From Bacillota bacterium (GTDB lineage Bacteria > Bacillota > Clostridia > Acetivibrionales > DSM-1351): a stretch of 64,000 nt of DNA. Positions 51,757 to 63,017 of the stretch are shown piece by piece. Location of the stretch: assembly GCA_023426005.1 (NCBI GenBank), contig JAFABO010000221.1, positions 5,721 to 69,720 on the forward strand. Reading direction: 5' to 3'. The notes beneath the pieces were generated by a model that did no database searches, had not been told where the DNA came from, and saw only the letters and a program-made list of their open reading frames with translations. Position 1 is the first letter of the stretch. Each line of letters opens with the position of its first letter. A program made the translations under genes and the position numbers.

Positions 51757-51957
51757 TCAGGGCTTTTTCCTCTCAATCCCACTAACAGTATTATTATAGA
51801 CAGCAACTAATGTCTGATAGTCTTTATGCTTTCGGATTGCATCTAATCGTTTGAATGTATCTTCTTTGTTTAAATTGCTGTAGCCAAGTTCATTACTAAT
51901 TAAATCTTTTACTGCTGCATAATTACGTGTTTCTAAAGTACGAATTGATATGTCCAC
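51757..51957 (-). pseudogene. Truncated GNAT acetyltransferase remnant
   Basis: IRTLETRNYAAVKDLISNELGY...YQTLVAVYNNTVSGI matches the N-terminal half of a GNAT fold and stops before the acetyl-CoA motif. Confidence 0.5.
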
Positions 51958-52165
51958 TGAGTTCGCCACCCCTAACAATTTTTATTCGTAATACCGCTAT
52001 ACACCTAATATGCAGCATTATTATACCCCTTTGTATAAAAAGGCTTTTATTTTACTGAAATTAATAACATAACAAACGCTGTTCCAATGTCAGCATTCAT
52101 CTAAAATACAGCCAAAACCTGCCAGCGAGCTTAAACCTTATAATATCCTCAAGGAATATTCCTTC

Positions 52166-53583
52166 ATTTACATCCAGTATGTTTATATTAAAACGGGTGG
52201 CTAATTGTAGTGCTGATCGTGGTAGTGGTATTTACATTCCAATATGTTTATATTAAAACCAGTGTAGAGACCGGATTAAATGCAAGGTGTATTTGTTTTA
52301 CATTCCAATATGTTTATATTAAAACTATATTTGCAGAGGCATATGCCGGCAGCGCTGCTGTATTTACATTCCAATATGTTTATATTAAAACTGTCCATCG
52401 TATTCGCAGCAAATGAATATATTGAGATTTACATTCCAATATGTTTATATTAAAACGCTTTCCATCACCTTTATACCAAAACAATCCAACTTCATTTACA
52501 TTCCAATATGTTTATATTAAAACAAAGGCTAAGTCAAGATATTTGATCTCTTTAGCCTTATTTACATTCCAATATGTTTATATTAAAACAGAAATGAACG
52601 ATCTTGAATATGTAAGAGTTGCATTATTTACATTCCAATATGTTTATATTAAAACGAACGGTTTGTTGAGTTAGTGAAACCTTTGTTCCTAAATTTACAT
52701 TCCAATATGTTTATATTAAAACCAATATATAAAAACATTGCCAGCAAGAATTGGAGAATTTACATTCCAATATGTTTATATTAAAACTTCTCTCCATGAG
52801 TTACAAGGAAGTATGGGCATATATTTACATTCCAATATGTTTATATTAAAACACTGATGATAAAGATTTATCTGACAATGTATATAACATTTACATTCCA
52901 ATATGTTTATATTAAAACCAGGAACATACATTGACAGTGGCTGCACTGATGAAGAAATTTACATTCCAATATGTTTATATTAAAACGTCAACCTTTGCAG
53001 CCAGTGAGGTTGCAATCTGGCTATTTACATTCCAATATGTTTATATTAAAACACAATAGAACCATGAACCTTTGCCATGGCTATCTTCAATTTACATTCC
53101 AATATGTTTATATTAAAACATACAATAGGTCACCTGTCATGGAACATTCCTCCTTTATTTACATTCCAATATGTTTATATTAAAACTCCGTTCAAATACA
53201 AAAAGCAATACGTTCCTGTTATTTACATTCCAATATGTTTATATTAAAACAGATAAGGAATCAACTTACCGTCAGCACCCCTTTTTGATTTACATTCCAA
53301 TATGTTTATATTAAAACCCCCTGGTGATGGTTGTTAAGATAATACCTATTACAAATTTACATTCCAATATGTTTATATTAAAACTTTGTCCCTCTGCCTT
53401 CTTATGAGTAGTTTTTTTAGATTTACATTCCAATATGTTTATATTAAAACACAATCAAGCCCTAACTTAATCCAATCAATTCCCAGATTTACATTCCAAT
53501 ATGTTTATATTAAAACGCGGGGAAACAAAGGTTCTTAAATATTGCGCTAACTGATTTACATTCCAATATGTTTATATTAAAAC
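52166..53583 (-). CRISPR. Type I-B CRISPR array: 22 repeats, 21 spacers (34-38 nt)
   Basis: 30-nt repeat ATTTACATTCCAATATGTTTATATTAAAAC (+), i.e. GTTTTAATATAAACATATTGGAATGTAAAT as transcribed; degenerate trailer repeat at 52166-52194 and leader on the cas2 side fix the orientation. Confidence 0.98.
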
Positions 53584-53800
53584 CTTGCCTGTTACAATAT
53601 TGAATTATCAAGGTACACACACCCGATTTCTGTCGATAGGTACTTAAAGAATAAATAAGAAGTAATTTATTCCCCAAAAAAGTAAAAAGACTTACTCTCA
53701 AAGGCGGAATTGTCTTAAAAATCTATAGACTGTCGACCCTATGGCTTTTTTACACTATATGAGGTCGACAGTCAAAATCTCTATCTACATAAAATTATAA
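53584..53800 (-). promoter_or_regulatory. CRISPR leader
   Basis: AT-rich non-coding region with 11-bp inverted repeat GACTGTCGACC (53728-53738) / GGTCGACAGTC (53763-53773) and a further TGTCGA motif near 53631. Confidence 0.75.
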
Positions 53801-53838
53801 TTATAGAGTATATAAACAATAAAGTAATTATAACATAG

Positions 53839-54097
53839 TCAAAAAAAGTTTGAGGTCTTGTCGTCCTCTTTCCCCCAGAATTCCTTCTGCATCCACCGCT
53901 CTTCCCGGCTTTTAAAGATTATTAAGGAATCTCTGTCTTTCCTGATATGCTTATTGTAAAAGAGCAGGAGTGATATCTCCTTCAAAAACTGATTTTTGAA
54001 CATGTGTCAGATACTTCTTGCATATTTTGAAAATGTTTCTTGATGCCTTGGCCCCGTTATCGTCTGCCTCCACATCATATATAAGAACAACATACAT
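53839..54097 (-). pseudogene. cas2: cas2, frameshifted by internal deletion
   Basis: MYVVLIYDV...HVQKSVFEGDITPALLQ-TAA (stop 53951-53953); remainder NKHIRKDRDSLIIFKSREERWMQKEFWG...NFF-TGA continues in another frame. Confidence 0.9.
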
Positions 54098-54100
54098 ATT

Positions 54101-55092
54101 TTACCACCAAATTTTAAACCCTTCATACATTTTGTCATCCATCAGGTGTTTTACCAGCTTATAGCACTCCAGCCTCATAAGATGTCTATATGAAACATTT
54201 CTGCCCAGTTCCTTATGGTTTATAGTTCTGCCAAGACTTTCATCATACTCCTTTAATACTTTTTTCCGGCCGCTTTCCTTCAGATAGTAGTAATTGGAGT
54301 CCTGCTCAAAATCCTTCTCGGTTATCATATTTCTATTAAGCATTGAAAAGATCAGCCGGTCCCCGATTAACGGCTTAAATACCTCAGAAATGTCAAGGCA
54401 AAGTGAGAATCTTCGCTCTCCGGGGCTGTGTAAATAGCTGACCGTAGGATTCAGCTGTGTTGTATAAATTTCCGAAAGACAGCTGGTATAAATTAATGAG
54501 TTTACAAAAGAAATCAATGTATTAACCATATTGTCCGGAAGTCTCTTAACCCGCTTTTCAAAATCTACTTCCTGATTAATAATTTTTGTCCAACAACCAT
54601 AATAAACTTTTCTGATACTGCCTTCCACACCCATTAAAGAATTTATGTCAGTTACGCTGCCAATGCTGTCCCGCAGGTTCTTTATTTCATTAATGGTCAT
54701 TTCAAGGTCCCTGTCTCGTTCATTGTAATATCTTACATTTCTGAGGATATTATAGCTTGCTGCCTCAATAAAAGCTTTTGCAATATTCAGCCGCTTATCA
54801 TTTTCCGAGAAATGCATGACCTGTTCCACCAGCAACTTTCCGGAAACATTAGTCTCTTTGGGATAAAAACTGCCGGTATAAAATCCGTAGTAATTAAAAA
54901 TATGTATTGGTATGGAAAGCTGCCCGGCATAATTAAGAGTTTTGGTGTTCATTGAAACTTCTCCAAAAAGGTATATATCCCTTGTCATATTAATTTTTAT
55001 ATCTTTGTAATTTCCGTCGGGAGCGGTCATTCTCAGTACATTATCTTTCGTCTTAATTCTCCGTCGGAAAATAAGTAAAAGCTCTCGGACAT
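54101..55092 (-). pseudogene. cas1: cas1 (type I-B), frameshift near codon 16
   Basis: SD-supported ATG 55092 reads MSESFYLFSDGELRRKIMY-TGA; the Cas1 body KDNVLR...LMGVEG...SLCLDISEVFKP...FKIWW lies in the -1 frame. Confidence 0.85.
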
Positions 55093-55200
55093 ATCTTTTC
55101 TCCTCGTACAATAATATAGCTATCCGGTTATATTACTTTGCCAACCTGCAATGCCGCAATTCTGTTTTAACATAGGAACCTGCTATAACCGCAGGCTTTG

Positions 55201-55689
55201 CTATATATAACAGAATTCATAATATGCACAGGCCCTGCAAATCTTTGAATTAATTACTTCAGGACTCTTTTTCATTGATGCAATCCGCTCAATTTCATTT
55301 AAAATATTTACTACTTCCTTTTCATCCTGTCGGGATAATACGATCTCTTTCCTTTGTTTTATTTTAGGATAATCCAGGATACCCTTCTCGACATTAATAC
55401 CTCTCTGCCTGAGAAAATAAATATAATACTTAACCTGCCATTCGGAAGCCTCTTCAATACTTTTGCTTTTCTTGACTTCATGCAGAATTCTCCAGTCCTT
55501 TATAAAATCTATGTTGACTGTATCATCAATCAATATCTGTTTATCCTCTCTTCCGTAACAGCTTTCATCCAGAAGCTTTCCCAGCAGTACATTTTCATCT
55601 TCCCGCTCCATTCTGATGTCATTCATAAAGTACCACAGCTTTCGTTGGCAGACAAAATAATAGTAAAGCATGGTTCCTGTAATGCGCAC
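55201..55689 (-). CDS. cas4: CRISPR-associated exonuclease Cas4
   Basis: YYFVCQRKLWY, HEVKKS, QVKYY, CRACAYYEFC; GTG start 55689 behind GGAGGTGA. Confidence 0.95.
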   Translation of the reverse strand: MRITGTMLYYYFVCQRKLWYFMNDIRMEREDENVLLGKLLDESCYGREDKQILIDDTVNIDFIKDWRILHEVKKSKSIEEASEWQVKYYIYFLRQRGINVEKGILDYPKIKQRKEIVLSRQDEKEVVNILNEIERIASMKKSPEVINSKICRACAYYEFCYI

Positions 55690-55721
55690 AACACTCACCT
55701 CCGCAGACTTGGTTCCCAGTA

Positions 55722-58019
55722 TCAGAACATTCTTGATTCGGCGTTTCTGAACTCTTCTTTTCCGGTTTTTTCAAAGCTGATTCCTGTTTCAATGCTATAT
55801 TCCGCATCAACTGCAATAATATCAAAACCGTTTGAAATTTTTTGGGAAATAACCTTCGTTTCCTCCGCCAGTCTTCTCTGGACAGGAACCATCAGGTCTC
55901 TCAAAGCTTCACGGGCCCTTACTTTTTCCTTTTTGGAGTATTCTTTGCTTGTGATAATTCCAATATTATTTTTAATATCCTCCTCATGTTCCTTATAAAC
56001 ACTCAACGGTATCACAGATACCTGGTCAATATCTCTGAATACTTTGTTTACAGCCTTTTTATCCATTTCATAGGAAGGAATGTCCTTGACATACTGGATC
56101 GTACTCTTTATTTCAGAATAATATCCGGTATCCTTAAGTTTTTCAGTAGAATAGGTCTCTTTTATCATTTCTACTTTGGCAGCTTCATTCAGGACACCGT
56201 TATAAAGTGCTTCCTTTGAGAGCTGATGAATCTTTTCATCAATAAAGGAACCCACCCCGCTGCACTTTTTATTTCCCCCGGTGAATACAAAACAGTTATA
56301 TTCTTTGTCCAGCTTTCTATGTCGGTAGCAGCGGCCCATTCTCTGGAAGAGTCCGTTCAGATCGGACAGTTCTGTATAAAGCAAATCAAAATCTATATCC
56401 AGGGAAGCTTCTACCAGCTGTGTTGTAACCCAGATTCCGCAGCCGGTACTTCCTTTCTCCCCCAGCTCCATGATGCAAGCTTCTTTTTTAGTCCTCTCTT
56501 CCCGGATGAAACCGCTGTGCAAAAGCTGTAAATATTCTACACCTTCATCCCCTGTTTCCTTCTGCAGAACAGCTTTTAATTTATTGTAAACCGTTTTTGC
56601 CTTCTTGACTGTATTGCAAATAATCAGGAGTTTATTTTTATTATAGGCCCTTGCCATTTCGGCAATACTGGTATCCTCGTCTATTTGGGAATCAATTTTC
56701 ATTATGCTGTGCCGTACAAGCTCGTTCGTAAAGGTTTCAGGCCCCTTAAAACAAATACCCTCGTCCTTCATCAAATCCAGAATTACTCCGGGAAGAGTTG
56801 CGGTCAGGATTGCAAACCTGCCGCCCAGCCTTGTAATATATTTCAATCCAAGAATAAGATAGGCAATAAGATCGGGGGAATACATCTGAATCTCATCCAC
56901 GATTACTTTCGAATAGGACAGCGTTGCAAGCTTAAGTTCAAAACCCTTGTACCTGTATACAAAGTCAAATATCTGATCCAATGTACATATGGTCAGCGGC
57001 AGAGAAAGCTGCCTTGTCTTAGTGTAGTATGCTTCAAGCTCGGCACCTTCATATTCCCGTATATCATCCGCATCCGCTGGTTTCTTTTTATATTTATTGC
57101 CTTCCTCCTGCTCTGCATATACCTTCAGAGTATCCGAATGCAGCAGTGCAACGCGGTTTTCTATATCCTCTACTATTATATTTTCTGTAATCCGGTTATA
57201 TATTGCATTAATTGCACTTTTGAGCGGCAGGGTAAAGAAACCCTTGCTGTCTCCAAGCCAGAGAAGTCCTGCCTCGGTTTTTCCCATGCCGGTCTGAGCC
57301 ACCACAACTACATTTTCATCCCGGTTTTCAAGCATATATTTTTGCAGCTCATTCCATCCGGCACCGGGGTTGCCTTTTTTCCACCCCTTCACCAGACCTT
57401 CCATGGCTCCCGGCAGAAAACCCGAGGGTTTTTCTACATCTATCCCCGCACTTGCAGCATAGTCAATTCTGTTTAAAAGTCCTTTGAGCACAATGGTTTT
57501 ATAAAAGTATTCCCCATCCCGGGACTCATATGGTCTTTCCCCCAGTCTGAAAAAGCTCTTGTACAATCTGGCATCAAGATGCCTGGACGGCAGCTCAACA
57601 TATTCAAATTCTTTGAAAGCCTCTGCTAACCGGGCTATTTCCTGGGATATTTCTTCCATTTCAAGGTATACATCCCGTTCATGATGGTATGCCACTGCCT
57701 GAAATAATGCCCTTATATCCTTCTCCTCGTATCCCAGTTCTTCGAGATATTCAATATCTATAAACCCCAGGCTCAGGAAACCATGCGGTATTCCTGTATT
57801 TTTGCCACTGCCGTGGACACATTTCTGGAATGTGTTGTTCATTTTCCCCAGGTCATGATATATACACGCCAGACGGAGCAGCTCCCAATCTGTCTCCAGA
57901 TTGGGACACAGCTCTTTTAGCAGTTTAAAGTTGTCCAGTAAATCGTCGGTATGCCATTGAATATCTTTTCTGGGTATTGTCTTTGCAATAAACCTCTCAT
58001 CCGCTATCCGGTTATCCAT
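55722..58019 (-). CDS. cas3: CRISPR-associated helicase/nuclease Cas3
   Basis: HD motif YHDLGK, QTGMGKT, VDEIQ, TATLP, QRMGRC. Confidence 0.95.
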   Translation of the reverse strand: MDNRIADERFIAKTIPRKDIQWHTDDLLDNFKLLKELCPNLETDWELLRLACIYHDLGKMNNTFQKCVHGSGKNTGIPHGFLSLGFIDIEYLEELGYEEKDIRALFQAVAYHHERDVYLEMEEISQEIARLAEAFKEFEYVELPSRHLDARLYKSFFRLGERPYESRDGEYFYKTIVLKGLLNRIDYAASAGIDVEKPSGFLPGAMEGLVKGWKKGNPGAGWNELQKYMLENRDENVVVVAQTGMGKTEAGLLWLGDSKGFFTLPLKSAINAIYNRITENIIVEDIENRVALLHSDTLKVYAEQEEGNKYKKKPADADDIREYEGAELEAYYTKTRQLSLPLTICTLDQIFDFVYRYKGFELKLATLSYSKVIVDEIQMYSPDLIAYLILGLKYITRLGGRFAILTATLPGVILDLMKDEGICFKGPETFTNELVRHSIMKIDSQIDEDTSIAEMARAYNKNKLLIICNTVKKAKTVYNKLKAVLQKETGDEGVEYLQLLHSGFIREERTKKEACIMELGEKGSTGCGIWVTTQLVEASLDIDFDLLYTELSDLNGLFQRMGRCYRHRKLDKEYNCFVFTGGNKKCSGVGSFIDEKIHQLSKEALYNGVLNEAAKVEMIKETYSTEKLKDTGYYSEIKSTIQYVKDIPSYEMDKKAVNKVFRDIDQVSVIPLSVYKEHEEDIKNNIGIITSKEYSKKEKVRAREALRDLMVPVQRRLAEETKVISQKISNGFDIIAVDAEYSIETGISFEKTGKEEFRNAESRMF

Positions 58020-58096
58020 TTGCTCCTCCTTAATATATTTTATTTAATAATGTTTTCTCATTAGCTGTTCTTTACATCCCCTGTTATTCCTGCCTG

Positions 58097-59717
<1,621 letters not shown>

Positions 59718-59721
59718 ATCA

Positions 59722-61446
59722 TCAGTTCTCCTCTCCATTTGCCGTTTTTTCATTATTTCCCTCATTGCCGCTGTCATCAGGTCTTTCCGCTATAAAGCCT
59801 GTTACAAAATTATAACCAATTGTGCTGAACAGCTCATCACTCCTGAATATTTCCGAAATTACGGCCGGTACCTTGTTTCCCGTATACAGGTAAGAATTAA
59901 GCAGCACATCCATAAACATATTCCTGTTTCCGGTTTTAAGAGCATTGAGCAGCCGGTAGCTTATCCCCGGAATTTTACCTGTTTTTTCATTATTTTTGAT
60001 GTACGCTTTTCTAAGGTAATATCCTGAGTTTTTTGCTTCACTTATATAATTTCTACTTTCATCCATATTCTCCATCCCTCCAAAACTTTTTATCAGCCCC
60101 GCATTTATACTGAGTATATCCGTTACATGCCCCGTGTGGAAAAAGCAATCTTTATTTGAAGCTATCTTGTAATGCAGTAGTTTATACACCAGCAAAAACA
60201 AATTCTGATTGTTGAAAATATTTTCAAGTACCTGCTCATATATGCTATAGCTTTCCTTCCCCTCTTTATAGCCCGTTCTGATCAATCCGGATATTTCGTT
60301 ATGATGTTTGTGGATCAATTTTATTGTGCTTTCGGGTAAAAGATTGAATTTGAAACGTTCGTTTTCATACCGGACCACCTGCACATCCGCCAGTTCATAC
60401 TTGCTTTTTTCAATCCGTTCCCTCTCCATGGCTTCCACAAGTACTCTGTAGATTTTACGGGAAGCTGTCTCCTCCCGGCTTTCCTTAAACAGTGAAGCCC
60501 GGATACTTCTGTTAATTCTGACGTTGTACAGCATGTCCACATTGGCATTAATGTACAGCCCTGTGTCATTCACATATACAAAGCCTGCCGGCAGGCATGA
60601 ATATATGAGCTTGCACACAGGACACAATGCAATATCATTGACAAAGTCCCATACATGTGACGGTTTTCTTGCAGTATCAAAGCCCGACTGGTTCAAAAAG
60701 CTCATATCATTGTTCAGATCTTTGATAGGTGCCCCGCAGGTAAAGCATTTGTACCTGAACCTTTCCTTATCTGCTGCCAGATACTCCCTGGCCTCATCCA
60801 CAAAATATGTCCTGTAATCCTCATAGGCATCCTTTATTTTCGTCTGTGGATTTAAAAAGCTCACTCCGTTCCAGCCGTTTTTGATTATCGTATATATTAC
60901 ATTCTTAGCACCTATAAACCGTCTTCCCTTTTCATTTTCACAGTATTCTATTATTTTGTTTAATACTCCAAACTGTTCCTTTAGCTCTTCGATTACCTCT
61001 TCTTTTACTTTTTCAAAGCCTGTGTCGTCTTTGGGTTCCTTGACCTTCGAAAGGGCTTTTTCAAGCTCTGCTATCCGCTCCGCTTCTCCCATCAGCTCAA
61101 AGGCCGCTTTAAAGCTGTTGCTTGTAAGATATCTTTTTACGGTATCCTTTATGTAATAGTTGATTGACTTTAATGTTTTAAGATTCAGGCCTTCAAAACC
61201 ATTTTCATTATAAAGGCCGATGGTATTTTTAAAAGAGACTATCCTATACCACGGAAGAGTTTTTTTATATGTTTCTATAAAATACCTGAAATACTTGTCT
61301 TCAAAATCCTCAAGGCAGTTCACAGGAATTTGCGCAGAAGTTCCGTCATATGTAACATTTTCCTCATCTATGATATTGATAAAACCCGCAACCGAGGCAT
61401 TCCAGCTCCAATCTCCCAGAGTAAGCCGTATTACTCCGTTCTCCAA
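59722..61446 (-). CDS. cas8b1: Type I-B large subunit Cas8b1 (Cst1, CXXC-CXXC)
   Basis: DWSWNASVAG, CFTC and CPVC pairs, C-terminal YRLLNALK (Cas11-like region); TTG start 61446 behind GGAGGTGA. Confidence 0.9.
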   Translation of the reverse strand: MENGVIRLTLGDWSWNASVAGFINIIDEENVTYDGTSAQIPVNCLEDFEDKYFRYFIETYKKTLPWYRIVSFKNTIGLYNENGFEGLNLKTLKSINYYIKDTVKRYLTSNSFKAAFELMGEAERIAELEKALSKVKEPKDDTGFEKVKEEVIEELKEQFGVLNKIIEYCENEKGRRFIGAKNVIYTIIKNGWNGVSFLNPQTKIKDAYEDYRTYFVDEAREYLAADKERFRYKCFTCGAPIKDLNNDMSFLNQSGFDTARKPSHVWDFVNDIALCPVCKLIYSCLPAGFVYVNDTGLYINANVDMLYNVRINRSIRASLFKESREETASRKIYRVLVEAMERERIEKSKYELADVQVVRYENERFKFNLLPESTIKLIHKHHNEISGLIRTGYKEGKESYSIYEQVLENIFNNQNLFLLVYKLLHYKIASNKDCFFHTGHVTDILSINAGLIKSFGGMENMDESRNYISEAKNSGYYLRKAYIKNNEKTGKIPGISYRLLNALKTGNRNMFMDVLLNSYLYTGNKVPAVISEIFRSDELFSTIGYNFVTGFIAERPDDSGNEGNNEKTANGEEN

Positions 61447-61469
61447 ATAAATCACCTCCATTCCCATTG

Positions 61470-62201
61470 CTAAATCAGATCCAGCATTCCAAAGCATAAA
61501 GATCTCTTTGCACCCACTCCCCGTTGATAGAGATACTGCAGAAGGTATTGTTCGCCCTCCATTGAGAATACACCCAAAGAGCAGGGGATTTTGAGTTCGT
61601 AATTCTTAATGATTACCTTTTTCATACGTATGAATTCAACTTTCAGCTGCCTTATATCATAACTGATATCCCTCTGGAATTTTCCTGAGAGCTCCGCTTC
61701 AAGATTTCTCTTCAGAATGTCCACGGCGGGTTCATCCTCAAAGGTATAAAACCAATCCCTTCCGGTTTCCCGGTTATGGTCACGTATTACAATTGGTGAC
61801 AGTGTGTTGAATACAGCCCTGTCCCGGGTTATAAGCTTTTCCTTTCCATTTTGAATCTTCACCAGTCTTAAGGAATTTTCCTCCGAAAGTCTGTACCAGA
61901 TGAATTTCTGTCCGCACATGGCGTTATACAGCTGTATTCCTGTAGGGGAGTCGGGAGTGGACATGTTGACTATTATTCTTTTGCTCTTGACACTTATTGT
62001 TTCCTTCCCATATTGTGTTTCAGGAACAAAATAAACAGACATGGTAAAATCCTTGTTAGTATTGCTGCCATTACCGTAAAGCTCCTGATAGAACTGTTTA
62101 TCACTTTTTTCAATGGCATTTTTTAAAAAGGATAATATCCTCCTCCGGTAATTAACATCAATTACTTCGTTTTCCAGCTCGAATGTAAAATGAAACCTCA
62201 T
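61470..62201 (-). CDS. cas6: CRISPR-associated endoribonuclease Cas6
   Basis: TLSPIVIR and C-terminal Gly-rich loop GVGAKRSLCFGML. Confidence 0.93.
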   Translation of the reverse strand: MRFHFTFELENEVIDVNYRRRILSFLKNAIEKSDKQFYQELYGNGSNTNKDFTMSVYFVPETQYGKETISVKSKRIIVNMSTPDSPTGIQLYNAMCGQKFIWYRLSEENSLRLVKIQNGKEKLITRDRAVFNTLSPIVIRDHNRETGRDWFYTFEDEPAVDILKRNLEAELSGKFQRDISYDIRQLKVEFIRMKKVIIKNYELKIPCSLGVFSMEGEQYLLQYLYQRGVGAKRSLCFGMLDLI

Positions 62202-62274
62202 ATATTTTCACCTCCTTTTCTGATGAACTAATAAATGAAAGGCATCACCTTCCTTTTTGAATTGTTTTTAAAGT

Positions 62275-62303
62275 ATGATATTAAAGAATGATTATTTTGA
62301 CGA
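62275..62303 (-). promoter_or_regulatory. Possible weak sigmaA promoter for cas6
   Basis: TCGTCA-17 nt-TATCAT. Confidence 0.3.
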
Positions 62304-62344
62304 TAATTGCTGTGAACAGATTATAAAAATAGCAAACACTGCTG

Positions 62345-62428
62345 CGGGATATTCCAAGATGAGTAGATAAAAGTGTTACTCAAACCGAAAACTATATATT
62401 TTACATTCCTTATAGAGTTTATAAAGTT
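62345..62428 (-). ncRNA. Degenerate mini-CRISPR (two pseudo-repeats, one 24-nt spacer): crRNA-like regulatory RNA
   Basis: Pseudo-repeats 62399-62428 (17/30) and 62345-62374 (18/30) versus the array repeat, same orientation; spacer TATATAGTTTTCGGTTTGAGTAAC matches 62797-62813. Confidence 0.8.
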
Positions 62429-62437
62429 TTTTTTACT

Positions 62438-62722
62438 TTAAAAGTTTTTTGCCAACAAAACAACTACCTTCTTCAATGTCTTATTAATCCTGAGAAGCTC
62501 AGTATTCTGACATTTCAATTCCTCTTTATGCATGTTTTTCCCAGTAGTTGAGCATTTCCAGTTCTTACAAGTACATACCTGATCTTCAGATTGCTTCCGC
62601 TTGCTACACCAGGATGCCAGAGTAGAGTAAGGTATCTTTAATAGCTGCGCCGTATTTTTGACACCTTTCCGATCAGACAGATTTGTAGCCACTTTTTTGA
62701 ATCGCTCACAATATGTGCACAT
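62438..62722 (-). CDS. Solo IS3-family OrfA-like HTH/coiled-coil protein (no OrfB)
   Basis: Y.ERFKK.A..LSD..GVK..AQ.L.IPY.TL..W.SKRK HTH and EL...N.EL.R.N..LK zipper; GAGGAG SD before ATG 62722 (frame open from 62770). Confidence 0.65.
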   Translation of the reverse strand: MCTYCERFKKVATNLSDRKGVKNTAQLLKIPYSTLASWCSKRKQSEDQVCTCKNWKCSTTGKNMHKEELKCQNTELLRINKTLKKVVVLLAKNF

Positions 62723-62793
62723 TGTCCGCTTCTCCTCTTCTGAGTATATCCTAAAGATAATTTCAATCATTTTTGATTTATATTATCTTATAC

Positions 62794-62813
62794 CCCTATA
62801 TTGTTTTTGGTTT
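62794..62813 (+). promoter_or_regulatory. Predicted Cascade binding site (CCC flank + partial protospacer) of the mini-CRISPR
   Basis: CCC-TATATTGTTTTTGGTTT versus spacer TATATAGTTTTCGGTTT. Confidence 0.75.
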
Positions 62814-62834
62814 TTATTTACATATTATGTATTT

Positions 62835-62863
62835 ATTATATTATCATTTCCAGTGTACGTCAA
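62835..62863 (-). promoter_or_regulatory. Near-consensus sigmaA promoter
   Basis: TTGACG (62858-62863)-17 nt-TATAAT (62835-62840). Confidence 0.8.
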
Positions 62864-63017
62864 TACATATTTTCAAAGTTATGCTATTTTAAACAAAAAA
62901 CTACCAACAGCAGTCGAAAAAAGCAGAAAACTGTTTTTCACCACTCAGGTAGTTTTACCTTGCATTTTCAATTTACTTTTTGGTGTTTTCAATGTATCTA
63001 TAATATATGACAGTTAT

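Noticed and set aside
52524..52559. Spacer with internal hairpin AAGGCTAA/TTAGCCTT
   Set aside because: Normal spacer length; most simply acquired from a structured target
52195..53553. Self-targeting by main-array spacers within the window
   Set aside because: None noticed by eye; a proper alignment is needed and was not run
52210..53701. Short ORFs with FTFQYVYIKT / MFILK repeats
   Set aside because: Translations of CRISPR repeats and leader, not genes
54101..55111. ORF-track 336-aa cas1 starting at TTG 55111
   Set aside because: First about 20 residues are out-of-frame sequence with no good SD; the Cas1-like N-terminus starts at ATG 55092 in another frame
55093..55200. 108-bp cas4-cas1 gap with short repeats (AACCTGC..CCGCA twice) as a possible mini-array
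   Set aside because: No convincing similarity to the CRISPR repeat or its handle
62816..62823. Exact 8-nt handle ATGTAAAT near the predicted transcription start
   Set aside because: Only 8 AT-rich bases with no similarity to the rest of the repeat; likely chance
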